From contig JALVKL010000259.1 in NCBI GenBank assembly GCA_027033775.1, forward strand, positions 1 to 46,811: a stretch of DNA of 46,811 nucleotides. The letters are read 5' to 3'. The translations under genes and the position numbers were made by a program. The stretch is from a bacterium. Lineage in GTDB: Bacteria; Thermosulfidibacterota; Thermosulfidibacteria; Thermosulfidibacterales; Thermosulfidibacteraceae. Shown here piece after piece: positions 9,003 through 19,305 of the stretch. Each line of letters begins with the position of its first letter. The stretch's first letter is position 1. Below the pieces are notes generated by a model. The model was not told the DNA's origin. It was given only the letters and a program-made list of their open reading frames with translations, and did no database searches.

Positions 9003-9015
9003 TTTAATTTAAAAT
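8988..9015 (+). promoter_or_regulatory. Putative sigma70-type promoter abutting the rsmH ATG (leaderless or near-leaderless dcw transcript)
   Basis: TTGCAA (8988-8993), 16-nt spacer, TAAAAT (9010-9015), then 8 nt to ATG 9024. No SD lies in the 21-nt gap. The -35 lies inside the divergent Nudix CDS. Confidence 0.4.
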
Positions 9016-9023
9016 AAACCTAA

Positions 9024-9914
9024 ATGGAGAAGGCTATCCATAAACCTGTGCTACTTGAGGAAGTTATAACTTTTTTATCTCCTTATCAAGGAGAGATAAT
9101 AGTAGATGCCACTGTTGGGGAAGGAGGGCATTCTGAAGCTATTCTTGTTCGGGTAAAACCTAAACTTTTGGTGGCTTTAGATACAGATATAGAGATACTT
9201 CAGCAAGCCAGAATGAGACTTTCTAATTATCCCAATGTGAAATTTATTCTTGGCGACTTTTCTCAGCTTTCTTCTCTTTTAAAGAAAGAGGGTATAAATG
9301 AGGTTTCTGCAGTCTTAATGGATCTTGGTATATCATCCTTTCACCTTGAAGATCCTGAGAGGGGTTTTTCCTTTTTGAAGAATGGCCCTTTGGATATGAG
9401 ATTGGACAGGATAGGGAATAAGCTTACTGCATATGAGATTGTAAATAGTTTTTCTGAAAAGCGTCTTTACGAGATAATAAGGGAGTACGGGGAGGAGAGA
9501 TGGGCAAAAAAGATAGCGAGAGCCATAGTTGAAAGAAGGACACAGGCAAAGATAAAGAGCACTAAAGAATTGGCGGATTTGGTTGCTTCTACCATACCTA
9601 AGAGATTTTGGCCTAAAAAGATCCATCCTGCCACGAGAACTTTTCAGGCTATAAGGATTGCTGTGAATAAAGAGCTTGATTCTTTAAAGGCTGGACTGAA
9701 GGAAGCAATTAATGTTATTAAACCAGGGGGAAGATTAATTGTGATAAGCTTTCACTCTTTAGAGGACAGAATAGTGAAGCATCTTTACAAGAGTTTTGAG
9801 AAGAAGAAATATGGTAGGATTTTGACCAAAAAGCCTATTGTGGCATCTTCTCACGAGATCAAAGATAATCCTCGGGCAAGAAGTGCCAAATTGAGGGTGT
9901 TTGAAAAGGTATGA
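9024..9914 (+). CDS. rsmH: 16S rRNA (cytosine1402-N4)-methyltransferase
   Basis: 296 aa. HKPVLLEEV N-terminus, DATVGEGGHS SAM motif, DLGISS, and ISFHSLEDRIVK. Confidence 0.95.
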   Translation: MEKAIHKPVLLEEVITFLSPYQGEIIVDATVGEGGHSEAILVRVKPKLLVALDTDIEILQQARMRLSNYPNVKFILGDFSQLSSLLKKEGINEVSAVLMDLGISSFHLEDPERGFSFLKNGPLDMRLDRIGNKLTAYEIVNSFSEKRLYEIIREYGEERWAKKIARAIVERRTQAKIKSTKELADLVASTIPKRFWPKKIHPATRTFQAIRIAVNKELDSLKAGLKEAINVIKPGGRLIVISFHSLEDRIVKHLYKSFEKKKYGRILTKKPIVASSHEIKDNPRARSAKLRVFEKV

Positions 9915-11344
9915 GGGCAAAGGATCTATTTCAAGGACTTACTGGTGAAATGTTAGGGGATTGGGAGGATCTTGTAGTAAAAAATGTAACTGATGATTCA
10001 AGGGAGATTTCTAAAGATTCCGTTTTTTTCTGTAGGCAAGGAGAGAAGGAGCATGGATTAAAATATGTTGACGAAGCTATCAGACAAGGGGCTGTTATTG
10101 TGGTATCTGAAAAGAGGCTGGGAAAACCTGTTGCTCAGTTTATCGCTGATAATGTTGAAGATGTTTCTGTTTCTGTTTTGAGGAGGTTCTATCGGGATGC
10201 AGACAGATGGCTTTTCAAAATAGGAGTTACTGGAACCAATGGAAAGACAACAGTTTGTTATCTAATTAAGAGTGGTTTTGACCGTTTTGGCTATTCCTTT
10301 GGAATTATCAGCACTGTAAGATATGAGTATGGTGCCGTTTCCCTTAAACCAAAAAATACCACTCCTGGATTGTTTCAATTGTGGAAAATTATGCACGAGA
10401 TGAGAAGAGAAGGGGTTTTTGGTTTTTCCATGGAGGTCTCTTCTCATGCCCTTAAGCAAAAAAGAATTGGCGATTTAACATTTGATGTTGGGGTTTTCAC
10501 AAACTTATCAAGGGATCATCTGGACTATCATATTAGTATGGAAGATTACTTTCAATCTAAGTTTAAACTTTTCAAATATCATGTGGATGGGGTTTCTGTG
10601 GTGAATGTAGACGATGATTGGGGTAGGGTAATTGTGAGTAATTTAAAGGAAAAAATGGTAATCACTTATGGAATGGAAAGTGGTGATATAAAAGGCAGGA
10701 TTGTTTCTGGTGATTTAAGGGGTATGGAGATAGAGGTGGATGGCATTAGAGTTAATACCACTCTTTTGGGAAAGCACAATTTGTACAACATTCTGGCTGC
10801 ATATGCGGTATTTCATGCTTGGGATATGGGATATGATTTTCTAAGATGGGTTGTACCGGATTTCAAACCGGTGAAGGGAAGGCTTAAGAGGATAGAAGCT
10901 AATGGGATAACGGTTTTTGTGGATTACGCTCATACTCCTGATGCCCTTGCCAAGGTTTTGGAGAGTCTAAGATCTCTGACTCAAGGAAAAATTATAACAG
11001 TATTTGGGTGTGGAGGTGATAGGGATAAGGGTAAAAGACCTGAAATGGGCAGGGTAGCTTCTATGCTTTCTGACTTCATTGTTATCACATCTGATAATCC
11101 CAGAAGCGAAGACCCAGAGGCAATAGTGGATGATATTTTAGAGGGTGTAGATAATAAAAACTACTATGTGGAAATTGATAGGGCTAAGGCCATAGAATTT
11201 GCTTTAAAGATAGCGGCTCCAGGTGATGTGGTCCTTGTGGCGGGCAAAGGCCATGAGGATTATCAGATTATAGGGGACAAAGTGGTGTATTTTGACGATG
11301 AGGAAGTTGTGAGGAGGGTATTTGCAGGGCTTAAAGTTAGGTGA
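9911..11344 (+). CDS. murE: UDP-N-acetylmuramoyl-L-alanyl-D-glutamate--2,6-diaminopimelate ligase
   Basis: 477 aa. GVTGTNGKTT P-loop and DNPR motif (ITSDNPRSEDP), typical of meso-DAP-adding MurE. ATGA overlap with the rsmH stop. Confidence 0.95.
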   Translation: MRAKDLFQGLTGEMLGDWEDLVVKNVTDDSREISKDSVFFCRQGEKEHGLKYVDEAIRQGAVIVVSEKRLGKPVAQFIADNVEDVSVSVLRRFYRDADRWLFKIGVTGTNGKTTVCYLIKSGFDRFGYSFGIISTVRYEYGAVSLKPKNTTPGLFQLWKIMHEMRREGVFGFSMEVSSHALKQKRIGDLTFDVGVFTNLSRDHLDYHISMEDYFQSKFKLFKYHVDGVSVVNVDDDWGRVIVSNLKEKMVITYGMESGDIKGRIVSGDLRGMEIEVDGIRVNTTLLGKHNLYNILAAYAVFHAWDMGYDFLRWVVPDFKPVKGRLKRIEANGITVFVDYAHTPDALAKVLESLRSLTQGKIITVFGCGGDRDKGKRPEMGRVASMLSDFIVITSDNPRSEDPEAIVDDILEGVDNKNYYVEIDRAKAIEFALKIAAPGDVVLVAGKGHEDYQIIGDKVVYFDDEEVVRRVFAGLKVR

Positions 11345-12677
11345 TCTGTTTTCGCGTATAAAAGGGAGATTTGTGGGAGAAGAAACCGTTCTTGATCTTC
11401 CCTATAAAGGGATAACTGTAGATTCAAGAAAGGACTGCTGGCAGAAATTATTTTTGGCTCTTAAGGGGGAAAGATTTGATGGTCATGATTTTGCCCTTGA
11501 AGCTTTGCAAAAGGGAGCTTGGGCTGTGGTGCTGTCCAAGGATATACCCTGTTCACCGAGATTTGTTGTTGATGACACCCTTTCTACTCTTCATAATATA
11601 GCTTTTCTGTGGAGAAGTTGGGTTTCTCCCTTTGTGGTTGCTGTGACTGGCTCTTCAGGTAAAACAACCACGAAGGAGATGCTAAATTTTGTGCTGTCAA
11701 GATTTTCACATTGTGAAGCTACAAAATATAACGAGAACAATCTTATAGGCCTTCCTCTTAATCTGGCTAACATGAAATACAATACTCAAATCTTTATAGC
11801 AGAGATGGGAACCAACAGTCCTGGTGAAATAAGAAGGCTCAGCAGCATAGTTCTCCCAGATGTGTTGATAGTCACCACCATTGGAGAATCTCATCTTCAG
11901 GGGTTGAAGAATATAGAGGGGGTCTTTGAAGAGAAGATATCTGCCTTGAATTATATGGAATCGGGTTATCTTGTTTTCAATTCTGAAAGCCCTTTTGTTG
12001 ATAGGGCTAAAAGAATGGCAAGGGAAAGGGGAATAGAGTTTCTATCTGTGGGTTTAAAGGGAGAGCATCTTTCTTTTGTTATGATTGATCCTTTTACCTT
12101 TGAGTTTCGTTTAAATAACAGAAGACGAAAGGTTAAATTGAATGTGGCTGGTATTCATAATGGATATAATGTGTCCTTTGTCCTTTCAGTGGTTAATATT
12201 TTAGGTTTTGACTGGGAGAAGGCTTTGGATATACTAAAAGAGTTTAAACCTATAAGGGGCCGTTTTTTAATAGAGAAAGTCGGGGAAATCACCCTTATAG
12301 ACGACACCTATAATGCCAATCCTGTTTCAACCAAAGCTGCCCTCTCTTTCTTTAAAAATCTTTCAGGGAGGAAGATTTTTGTTTTTGGATCTATGTTGGA
12401 GCTGGGATCAGAGAGTGAAATGCTTCATAGAGAAATAGGAGAATTTGCTTTTCATTGTGGGGTTGACCTCCTTTTGACTTTCGGAAACGAGGCTTATTTT
12501 ACCCATGTTGTATTTAAAGAGAAAGGGGGAAATTCCCTTCATTTTGAGAACCATCAAGAACTATTGGATTATCTGTTGAAGCAATTAAAGGGTGGAGATA
12601 CTGTCCTTATTAAGGGTTCAAGGGGCATGAGAATGGAGAAAATTGTAGAGGGTATTAAAGGTTGCTTTGGAAGTTAA
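11322..12677 (+). CDS. murF: UDP-N-acetylmuramoyl-tripeptide--D-alanyl-D-alanine ligase
   Basis: 451 aa, TTG start preceded by GGAGGG. ITVDSRK, FLALKGERFDGHDF and VTGSSGKTTTKEM motifs. Confidence 0.93.
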   Translation: MQGLKLGDLFSRIKGRFVGEETVLDLPYKGITVDSRKDCWQKLFLALKGERFDGHDFALEALQKGAWAVVLSKDIPCSPRFVVDDTLSTLHNIAFLWRSWVSPFVVAVTGSSGKTTTKEMLNFVLSRFSHCEATKYNENNLIGLPLNLANMKYNTQIFIAEMGTNSPGEIRRLSSIVLPDVLIVTTIGESHLQGLKNIEGVFEEKISALNYMESGYLVFNSESPFVDRAKRMARERGIEFLSVGLKGEHLSFVMIDPFTFEFRLNNRRRKVKLNVAGIHNGYNVSFVLSVVNILGFDWEKALDILKEFKPIRGRFLIEKVGEITLIDDTYNANPVSTKAALSFFKNLSGRKIFVFGSMLELGSESEMLHREIGEFAFHCGVDLLLTFGNEAYFTHVVFKEKGGNSLHFENHQELLDYLLKQLKGGDTVLIKGSRGMRMEKIVEGIKGCFGS

Positions 12678-13744
12678 TTTATCTTTTAAAGGTCTATTTT
12701 TCTCCCTTAAATGTATTTAAATATATAACCTTTAGAGCCACATACGCTCTGGTTACATCTTTGTTGGTATCTTTGCTTTTAGGACCTTTTATAATTTCCA
12801 GACTTAAGAGATTGAGATTGGAACAGGTGATAAGGGAGTACGGTCCCCAAACCCATTTTGTAAAGGCTGGGACTCCCACCATGGGGGGAATTCTTATAAT
12901 ACTTTCTGTTTTAATATCTTCCATTATCTGGTTTAATCTCTCAAATCCTTTGGTTTTAATATCCCTGTTTACTTTGATTTCTTTTGGCATACTCGGTTTT
13001 TTGGACGACTACATTAAGGTTTCTAAAAGAAATCCTAACGGGATAGGGGCCAAGAAGAAGTTTATGTGTCAAGTGGTTTTGGCTTTTATCATTTCTTTGC
13101 TAATGGTAAAGTATCTGGGGAACAAAGCAACAGTTTTACAGGTCCCCTTTTTTAAAAGGATACATCCTGATCTTGGAGTGTTCTACATATTCTTTGCCAC
13201 TTTGGTTATAGTGGCTACTTCTAACGCTGTAAATATAACAGATGGTTTGGACGGCCTTGCCATAGTCCCCTTTACCATGTGTATGGGAGCCTATGGGCTC
13301 ATAGCCTATCTGGCTGGGCATATTAAGTTTGCCCAATACCTTAATATACTTTATGTGCCTTACAGCGGAGAACTTGCCGTAGTTGCAGCAGCCTTTGTAG
13401 GTGCAGGTATAGGTTTTTTATGGTTTAACGCTCATCCAGCAGATGTCTTCATGGGAGATACAGGTTCCCTCTCTATAGGAGCTACTTTAGGGGCCATAGC
13501 TTTAATGACAAAACATGAGCTTCTTTTACCCATTTTAGGTGGAGTTTTCGTTATAGAGACGGTTTCTGTTATAATGCAGGTGCTTTATTTTAAGGCAACA
13601 GGGGGGAAAAGGATTTTTAGAATGGCTCCCATTCATCACCATTATGAACAAGAAGGACTGCCTGAGTCTAAAATAATAGTGAGATTCTGGATAGTCTCTT
13701 TGATCTTTGTTTTAATAGGATTGTCCACGTTAAAGATAAGGTGA
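12662..13744 (+). CDS. mraY: Phospho-N-acetylmuramoyl-pentapeptide transferase
   Basis: 360 aa, polytopic. FKYITFRA N-terminus, NAVNITDGLDGLA, and MGDTGSL motifs. Confidence 0.96.
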   Translation: MLWKLIYLLKVYFSPLNVFKYITFRATYALVTSLLVSLLLGPFIISRLKRLRLEQVIREYGPQTHFVKAGTPTMGGILIILSVLISSIIWFNLSNPLVLISLFTLISFGILGFLDDYIKVSKRNPNGIGAKKKFMCQVVLAFIISLLMVKYLGNKATVLQVPFFKRIHPDLGVFYIFFATLVIVATSNAVNITDGLDGLAIVPFTMCMGAYGLIAYLAGHIKFAQYLNILYVPYSGELAVVAAAFVGAGIGFLWFNAHPADVFMGDTGSLSIGATLGAIALMTKHELLLPILGGVFVIETVSVIMQVLYFKATGGKRIFRMAPIHHHYEQEGLPESKIIVRFWIVSLIFVLIGLSTLKIR

Positions 13745-13748
13745 TTGA

Positions 13749-15131
13749 ATGAGATCTCTTCTTATTATGGGTTTGGGTAAATCTGGTTTGTATGCAGCCC
13801 TTTTGGGAATAGCTGATGGAAGATATCACCTTGTTATATGTGATGACAAAAATAATGAAACAATAATGAGAAGAAAAGAGATAGTGGTGAAGGAGGCCCT
13901 CAAAAGAAGGGTGCCTGTTAGTATATATATTGGAGAAAATATGATCCCAGACTTTTCCAACGTTGAGATGGCAGTTGTGAGTCCAGGGGTTTCTCTTGCT
14001 CATCCCTATTTGACTTTTATTAAGCAGAAAGGGGCAGAGATAATAAGCGAGCTTGAGTTCGCCTATAGGTACATCAGGGATGAAAGGGACAAGATAATAG
14101 GCATAACAGGGACAAATGGTAAAACCACCACAGTTCTTCTGCTTTCTCACATATTGAAGGGTGGAAAAAGAAAGATCTTCACAGGAGGAAATATAGGAGA
14201 TCCCCTATCCAAATACGTGCTTCAAGAGGGTTTAGTGGACCACATTGTGTTGGAGATATCAAGCTTTCAGCTGGAGGCTATAAGGTATTTTTCTGTGGGA
14301 TTGGGAGCAATACTGAATATAGATGAGGACCACTTGGACAGGCATGGATCTTTAAATGAGTATGCATCTTTAAAATTTAGGATATTCAAAAACGCCCATG
14401 ATACTGATTGGGCTGTGTTGAATAAAGATGATAGGATAATATCCCACAGATACAGGATAGAGAATTTGCCCTCTAATGTGGCTTGGTTTTCAGTGGGAAG
14501 CGAGGTTCCGTTAGGAGCCTATATGGATAAGGGCTGGTTGAAAGTTAAGCTCTCCGGGGCTGAAAGGGCTATAGTCAATTATTCTAATCTTTCCGACGAA
14601 GCTAAATTCAATTTGGAGAATATAATGGCCGCTGCTTTGATAGCTTCTATATTGGATATTCCCTCTGAAACTATAAGAAAGGCTATCAACACCTTTAGAT
14701 TTCCTCCCCACAGGATGGAGTATGTGGGGGAGTACGCCCATAGAAAGGTTTATAATGATTCTAAAGCAACCAATCCTCATGCAGTAAAGAAAGCTTTAAG
14801 TTTTTTGCACGAAAAAGTGATCCTTATAATGGGGGGATACGGAAAAAATTTTTCCTTTTCCTCTTTAAAGCCTGTGGTGGAAAGGAAGGTGAAAATTCTT
14901 ATTGCTTATGGAGAAGCAGCGGATAAGATAATAGAGGATCTTAAAGACTGTGGCATTACCATGTATAAGATATGGAAATTTGAGGATGCTGTTAGAATGG
15001 CTTGGTCTCTCTCCACTGAAGGGGATACTATTCTTCTGTCTCCTGGTTGTGCCAGTTATGATCAATTTAAGAGCTATGAGGAGAGGGGAGAAAGATTTAA
15101 AGAGTTGATATTGGAATTTGGGGTACAGTAA
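13749..15131 (+). CDS. murD: UDP-N-acetylmuramoylalanine--D-glutamate ligase
   Basis: 460 aa. GLGKSG N-terminus, GITGTNGKTTT P-loop, and Mur ligase C-terminal domain. Confidence 0.93.
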   Translation: MRSLLIMGLGKSGLYAALLGIADGRYHLVICDDKNNETIMRRKEIVVKEALKRRVPVSIYIGENMIPDFSNVEMAVVSPGVSLAHPYLTFIKQKGAEIISELEFAYRYIRDERDKIIGITGTNGKTTTVLLLSHILKGGKRKIFTGGNIGDPLSKYVLQEGLVDHIVLEISSFQLEAIRYFSVGLGAILNIDEDHLDRHGSLNEYASLKFRIFKNAHDTDWAVLNKDDRIISHRYRIENLPSNVAWFSVGSEVPLGAYMDKGWLKVKLSGAERAIVNYSNLSDEAKFNLENIMAAALIASILDIPSETIRKAINTFRFPPHRMEYVGEYAHRKVYNDSKATNPHAVKKALSFLHEKVILIMGGYGKNFSFSSLKPVVERKVKILIAYGEAADKIIEDLKDCGITMYKIWKFEDAVRMAWSLSTEGDTILLSPGCASYDQFKSYEERGERFKELILEFGVQ

Positions 15132-16193
15132 TTGAGGGTTCTTATTGCTGGTGGTGGGACGGGGGGACATCTCTTTCCAGCCCTTGAATTTGCCAATACT
15201 CTAAGATCTCTGGGTGCAGAGATTACCTTTTTAGGAGTTAAGAAGGGACTGGAAGCTATAAGGGTTCCTGCTGAAGGTTATAAAATAGAATTTATCCCCT
15301 TTGAGGGTGTGAGGGGAAGAGGAATAAAAGCCTTAAAGGCACTTTTAAAATTCCCCTTTTCCCTTACAAAAACCTTAAAGATCTTTAAGAGAGAAAAGCC
15401 TGCTTTTGTAATCTGTACAGGGGGATATACATCGTTTCCCGCTGGTTTTTCCGCTTTTATTTCAGGGGTGCCTCTGTTTTTGCATGAACAAAACATCGTC
15501 CCTGGCTGGAGCAATCTTGTTTTGTCCTATGGGGCGAAGGCTGTAATGGTGAGTTTCGAAGAGAGTATGAAGTGTTTTAGGATCCACAGAGTATTTCACA
15601 CTGGAAATGCAGTCAGAAGAGAACTTGTGAATATTAAGCTCTCCTTCCCCAGTTTTTCCCATCTTGCTCTCTTGGTCATTGGGGGATCAAGGGGAGCCAG
15701 AACCATAAACGATACAGTATCCTCTTCTTTCAGCCTTTTGGCTCCTTTGTCAGGTATAAAGCTGACCCATCAAACAGGGGAAATTGATTATCCCTGGGTA
15801 TCGGAAAGATATAGCAGTGTAAGGCAAGAAGTGGAGGTTATCCCTTTTATTGACAACATGGTAGAGGCTTACAAAAAGGCTCATCTGATGATCTCAAGGG
15901 CAGGTGCTACAACACTGTTTGAATTATCAGCTGTAGGAAGAGCTGCTGTCTTGATTCCTTATCCTTATGCTGTTGGGGATCATCAGAAGAAGAATGCGCA
16001 AGTTCTTGCAAGGAAAAAGGCTGCCATTGTTATTGACAATCGGGAATTTAACAGGGAAAATTTCATCAAAGTAATAACTAAGTTTTACTTTAACAGAAAA
16101 CTTTTGATAAAGATGGCAAAGAATATGAAAGGTTCTCTGAAAAGTTTAGATCACAGAAAGGTGAAAGAAATTTTGGGAGTTCTGAAGTGTTAG
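15132..16193 (+). CDS. murG: Undecaprenyldiphospho-muramoylpentapeptide beta-N-acetylglucosaminyltransferase
   Basis: 353 aa. The TTG start directly abuts the murD TAA. GGGTGGHLFPA motif and GT28 C-terminal domain (SRAGATTLFEL). Confidence 0.94.
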   Translation: MRVLIAGGGTGGHLFPALEFANTLRSLGAEITFLGVKKGLEAIRVPAEGYKIEFIPFEGVRGRGIKALKALLKFPFSLTKTLKIFKREKPAFVICTGGYTSFPAGFSAFISGVPLFLHEQNIVPGWSNLVLSYGAKAVMVSFEESMKCFRIHRVFHTGNAVRRELVNIKLSFPSFSHLALLVIGGSRGARTINDTVSSSFSLLAPLSGIKLTHQTGEIDYPWVSERYSSVRQEVEVIPFIDNMVEAYKKAHLMISRAGATTLFELSAVGRAAVLIPYPYAVGDHQKKNAQVLARKKAAIVIDNREFNRENFIKVITKFYFNRKLLIKMAKNMKGSLKSLDHRKVKEILGVLKC

Positions 16194-17545
16194 ATTTCAA
16201 AAAGGTGCATTTTGTAGGTGTAGGCGGAATAGGGATGAGCGCTCTGGCAAGGATTCTTCTTGATATGGGTGTAGAGGTTAGTGGTTCAGACTTGGTGGAA
16301 AGTTCCAATCTTGCTACCTTAAAAAAATTGGGAGCCTATGTTTATGCCCCTCACAATGCGGATCTTATGCCCAACGATTTGGATCTTTTGGTCTATTCCT
16401 CTGCCATTCCAGAGGATAATCCTGAGGTGGTTAAAGGGAAAAAATTAGGTATTCCTTGTATCAGAAGGGGTGAGCTGTTGGCCAAGATAGTCAATGAGAA
16501 GTTTTCTGTTCTTGTTGCTGGCTCTCATGGAAAGACCACAACCACTTCTATGATGGCGAAGATAGCCTTTGACGCTGGTCTTCACCCCACAGTAATTGTT
16601 GGGGGGAAAATAAAAGATTTGAAGGATACCAATGCTTATCTGGGTTCTGGTAAATTGGTTATTGCTGAAACTGATGAAAGCGATGGTACCTTTCTCTTGC
16701 TTAAACCTTCCATGTGTGTGGTTACCAACATAGATAAAGAGCATCTCAATTTTTATGGAGGATTTGAACCCCTCAAAAGAGCATTTAGAGAATTTTTGGA
16801 GAATACAAAGGGCTTAAGGCTTGTATTTAAAGACGACGAAGTTTTGGACAGCATAAGTAGCCATTTGGATAGGATTACCTATTCTTTAAAGGATAAAACC
16901 AGTGATATCTTTGTGGAAGATGTCAAGATGGGAAGTTATGGTTCTCGCTTTAGGGTAAATACTCCTTGGGGCAATTACAGCATTTCTATTCTTCTTCCTG
17001 GAATACATAATGTGCAGAATGCTACTGCAGCCTTTTCTGCTATGCTGGCTTTAGGAGTTGGAGAGGAAAAGGCAATAAAATCTTTGGAAGAGTTTTCTGG
17101 TGTGGAGAGAAGGCTCACAATAAGGGGAGAGTTAAATGGAATTGTTGTTGTTGATGATTATGCCCATCATCCCACAGAAATTTTAAACACTTTGAGGGCT
17201 GTGAAACTTAAGTGGCCTGGCAAAAGGATAATAGCTGTTTTTCAACCTCACAGGTTTTCAAGGATAAAGTACTTGTGGAAAGATTTTGCAGGTGTTTTCA
17301 AAGATGCAGATGTTGTCTGGATAACAGATATTTATGCGGCTGGGGAAAAAGAGAACGATTTTGAAATAGGCAAACTGGTAACAGAGATATCAAAAGTATC
17401 AGGTAAAGATGTTTTTTATGTTTCTCATTGGGAGGATATGGTATACCCTATTTTGAGGATATTAGACGGTAACGATGTGGTTATAACACTGGGGGCAGGG
17501 GATATATGGAAGTTCTGTCATCGGCTGTTGGAGAGTATGGTTTAA
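16187..17545 (+). CDS. murC: UDP-N-acetylmuramate--L-alanine ligase
   Basis: 452 aa, GTG start. HFVGVGGIGMSALA, AGSHGKTTTTSM, and DDYAHHPTEI motifs. Confidence 0.95.
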   Translation: MLDFKKVHFVGVGGIGMSALARILLDMGVEVSGSDLVESSNLATLKKLGAYVYAPHNADLMPNDLDLLVYSSAIPEDNPEVVKGKKLGIPCIRRGELLAKIVNEKFSVLVAGSHGKTTTTSMMAKIAFDAGLHPTVIVGGKIKDLKDTNAYLGSGKLVIAETDESDGTFLLLKPSMCVVTNIDKEHLNFYGGFEPLKRAFREFLENTKGLRLVFKDDEVLDSISSHLDRITYSLKDKTSDIFVEDVKMGSYGSRFRVNTPWGNYSISILLPGIHNVQNATAAFSAMLALGVGEEKAIKSLEEFSGVERRLTIRGELNGIVVVDDYAHHPTEILNTLRAVKLKWPGKRIIAVFQPHRFSRIKYLWKDFAGVFKDADVVWITDIYAAGEKENDFEIGKLVTEISKVSGKDVFYVSHWEDMVYPILRILDGNDVVITLGAGDIWKFCHRLLESMV

Positions 17546-18399
17546 AGTTATTGGAGAATTTTCCTTTACAAAGGATAGCCAAAATCGGAACTAAAGGGAA
17601 GGCAAGGCTCTATTGTAAGGTGTATGAACGGGAATCTTTAAAAAGGCTTTTGAGGTTTTTGCTAAAAGAGGGCATTTCTTATACCCTTTGTGGTTACTCT
17701 TTCAATACCATATGGGGTGATGGGTTCTATGACGGAATGGTGATAGATTTAACAGGATTAAAAGGGAAAAAATACAACGGATTGTTGGTGGTTGAGGCAG
17801 GCTGTAGTATAAATGAGACTTTAAAGCTTTGTGAAGATTTGGGGCTTTCTGGTTTGGAGGAGCTTTCTGGAGTTCCTGGAAGTATAGGAGCTTCAGTTGT
17901 GGGAAACGCTGGAGCTTTTGGCAGATCCATGGGAGAGCTTGTGGAGTGGGTGGAGGTATTTGATCCTTTAGAGGGCCAATTTTTAAGATTAGGTTCTGGA
18001 GACATAGATTTTGGTTATCGTTTCTCTTCTTTAGTGGGCTATGCGGTGATTTCGGTGGCTTTGAAGCTTACTGAGTCTGATAAATCCAAGGTTCATCTTA
18101 AAATAGAGGAAATACTGGATAAGAGAAAGGGAAAGTTTCCCTCTGGTAATAGTTTGGGGTGTGTTTTTAAAAATCCTACAGGCCATTTTGCTGGAAGATT
18201 GATAGAGGAAGTTGGATTAAAGGGATACAGATGTGGCAAAGCTTTTGTTTCCAGAATACATGCCAATTTCATTATATCCGAGAAAGGAGCAGAGGCTAAA
18301 GATTATGTTAATGTAATCAATTCTATTAAAAGAAGCGTTCTTTTAGCAAAGGGAGTTAAGCTGGAAGAGGAGATAAGATATGCAGGATCTTTTGTCTAA
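17506..18399 (+). CDS. murB: UDP-N-acetylenolpyruvoylglucosamine reductase
   Basis: 297 aa. FAD-binding domain (SGVPGSIGASVVGNAGAFG) and C-terminal MurB domain. The exact start is uncertain (40-nt overlap with murC if ATG 17506). Confidence 0.9.
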   Translation: MEVLSSAVGEYGLKLLENFPLQRIAKIGTKGKARLYCKVYERESLKRLLRFLLKEGISYTLCGYSFNTIWGDGFYDGMVIDLTGLKGKKYNGLLVVEAGCSINETLKLCEDLGLSGLEELSGVPGSIGASVVGNAGAFGRSMGELVEWVEVFDPLEGQFLRLGSGDIDFGYRFSSLVGYAVISVALKLTESDKSKVHLKIEEILDKRKGKFPSGNSLGCVFKNPTGHFAGRLIEEVGLKGYRCGKAFVSRIHANFIISEKGAEAKDYVNVINSIKRSVLLAKGVKLEEEIRYAGSFV

Positions 18400-19297
18400 A
18401 AAGATTGGAGTTCTTATGGGGGGACCTTCTTCTGAAAGGGAGGTTTCCCTTAAATCTGGAAGTGCTGTAGCTTCTGCTTTAAAAAGAAAGGGCTTTGCTG
18501 TAAGTGAGATAGATGTTGGTCCAGATCTCGTGGATAGGCTGAAGGATATAGATGTTGCCTTTGTGGTGCTTCACGGCAAACCAGGAGAGGATGGAGTAGT
18601 TCAAGGGCTTCTGGAATTTATGGGTATTCCCTATACAGGACCAAGGGTATTGGGTGCAGCTTTGGGAATGAACAAATTGATAACTAAAAAGGTATTGGAG
18701 TTTCATGGTTTGAAAGTTCCCCCTTTTAAAGTGGTGAGGAAATTTGAATATACTTTGCCTCGAGAAGACAATCTTAATGGGATAGATTTTCCTGTAGTTG
18801 TAAAGCCTGTGGATGAGGGTTCTACCATAGGAGTGAGCATAGTAAAATCCTATGAGGAATTTGAAAAAGCATTGGAATTAGCTTTCTCTTATAGCAGAGA
18901 GGTACTTGTTGAGAAATTTATAGAGGGAAGAGAGCTTACAGTGGGAGTTGTGAACGACAAAGCTTTGCCTGTTATAGAGATAAAACCAAAAAAGGGCTTT
19001 TACGATTATGAAAGCAAGTATACAAAGGGTTTGACAGAGTATCTTGTTCCAGCTCCTATAGATGATAGAGTGGCTAAAACCGCTCAGGATTGGGCGCTTA
19101 TTGCACATAGGGCTTTGTATCAGAGGGGGGTATCCAGAACTGACTTTAGAATGGATGAGGAAGGTAATCTCTATATACTTGAAGTAAACTCCATACCGGG
19201 TATGACGGAGACTTCTTTGTTGCCTAAAGCAGCAAAAGTAGCTGGATTGGATTTTGATGATCTTGTGGTAGAAATTTTAAAGTCTGCTTTTATGTGA
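18380..19297 (+). CDS. ddl: D-alanine--D-alanine ligase
   Basis: 305 aa. IGVLMGGPSSEREVSLKSG, HGKPGEDGVVQGLLE, and EVNSIPGMTETSLLPK motifs. Confidence 0.95.
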   Translation: MQDLLSKKIGVLMGGPSSEREVSLKSGSAVASALKRKGFAVSEIDVGPDLVDRLKDIDVAFVVLHGKPGEDGVVQGLLEFMGIPYTGPRVLGAALGMNKLITKKVLEFHGLKVPPFKVVRKFEYTLPREDNLNGIDFPVVVKPVDEGSTIGVSIVKSYEEFEKALELAFSYSREVLVEKFIEGRELTVGVVNDKALPVIEIKPKKGFYDYESKYTKGLTEYLVPAPIDDRVAKTAQDWALIAHRALYQRGVSRTDFRMDEEGNLYILEVNSIPGMTETSLLPKAAKVAGLDFDDLVVEILKSAFM

Positions 19298-19305
19298 GGT
19301 TGGCC

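Noticed and set aside
13668-14150. 160-aa minus-strand ORF spanning the mraY/murD junction
   Set aside because: Antisense to two conserved genes, with no recognisable domain. It is a shadow ORF.
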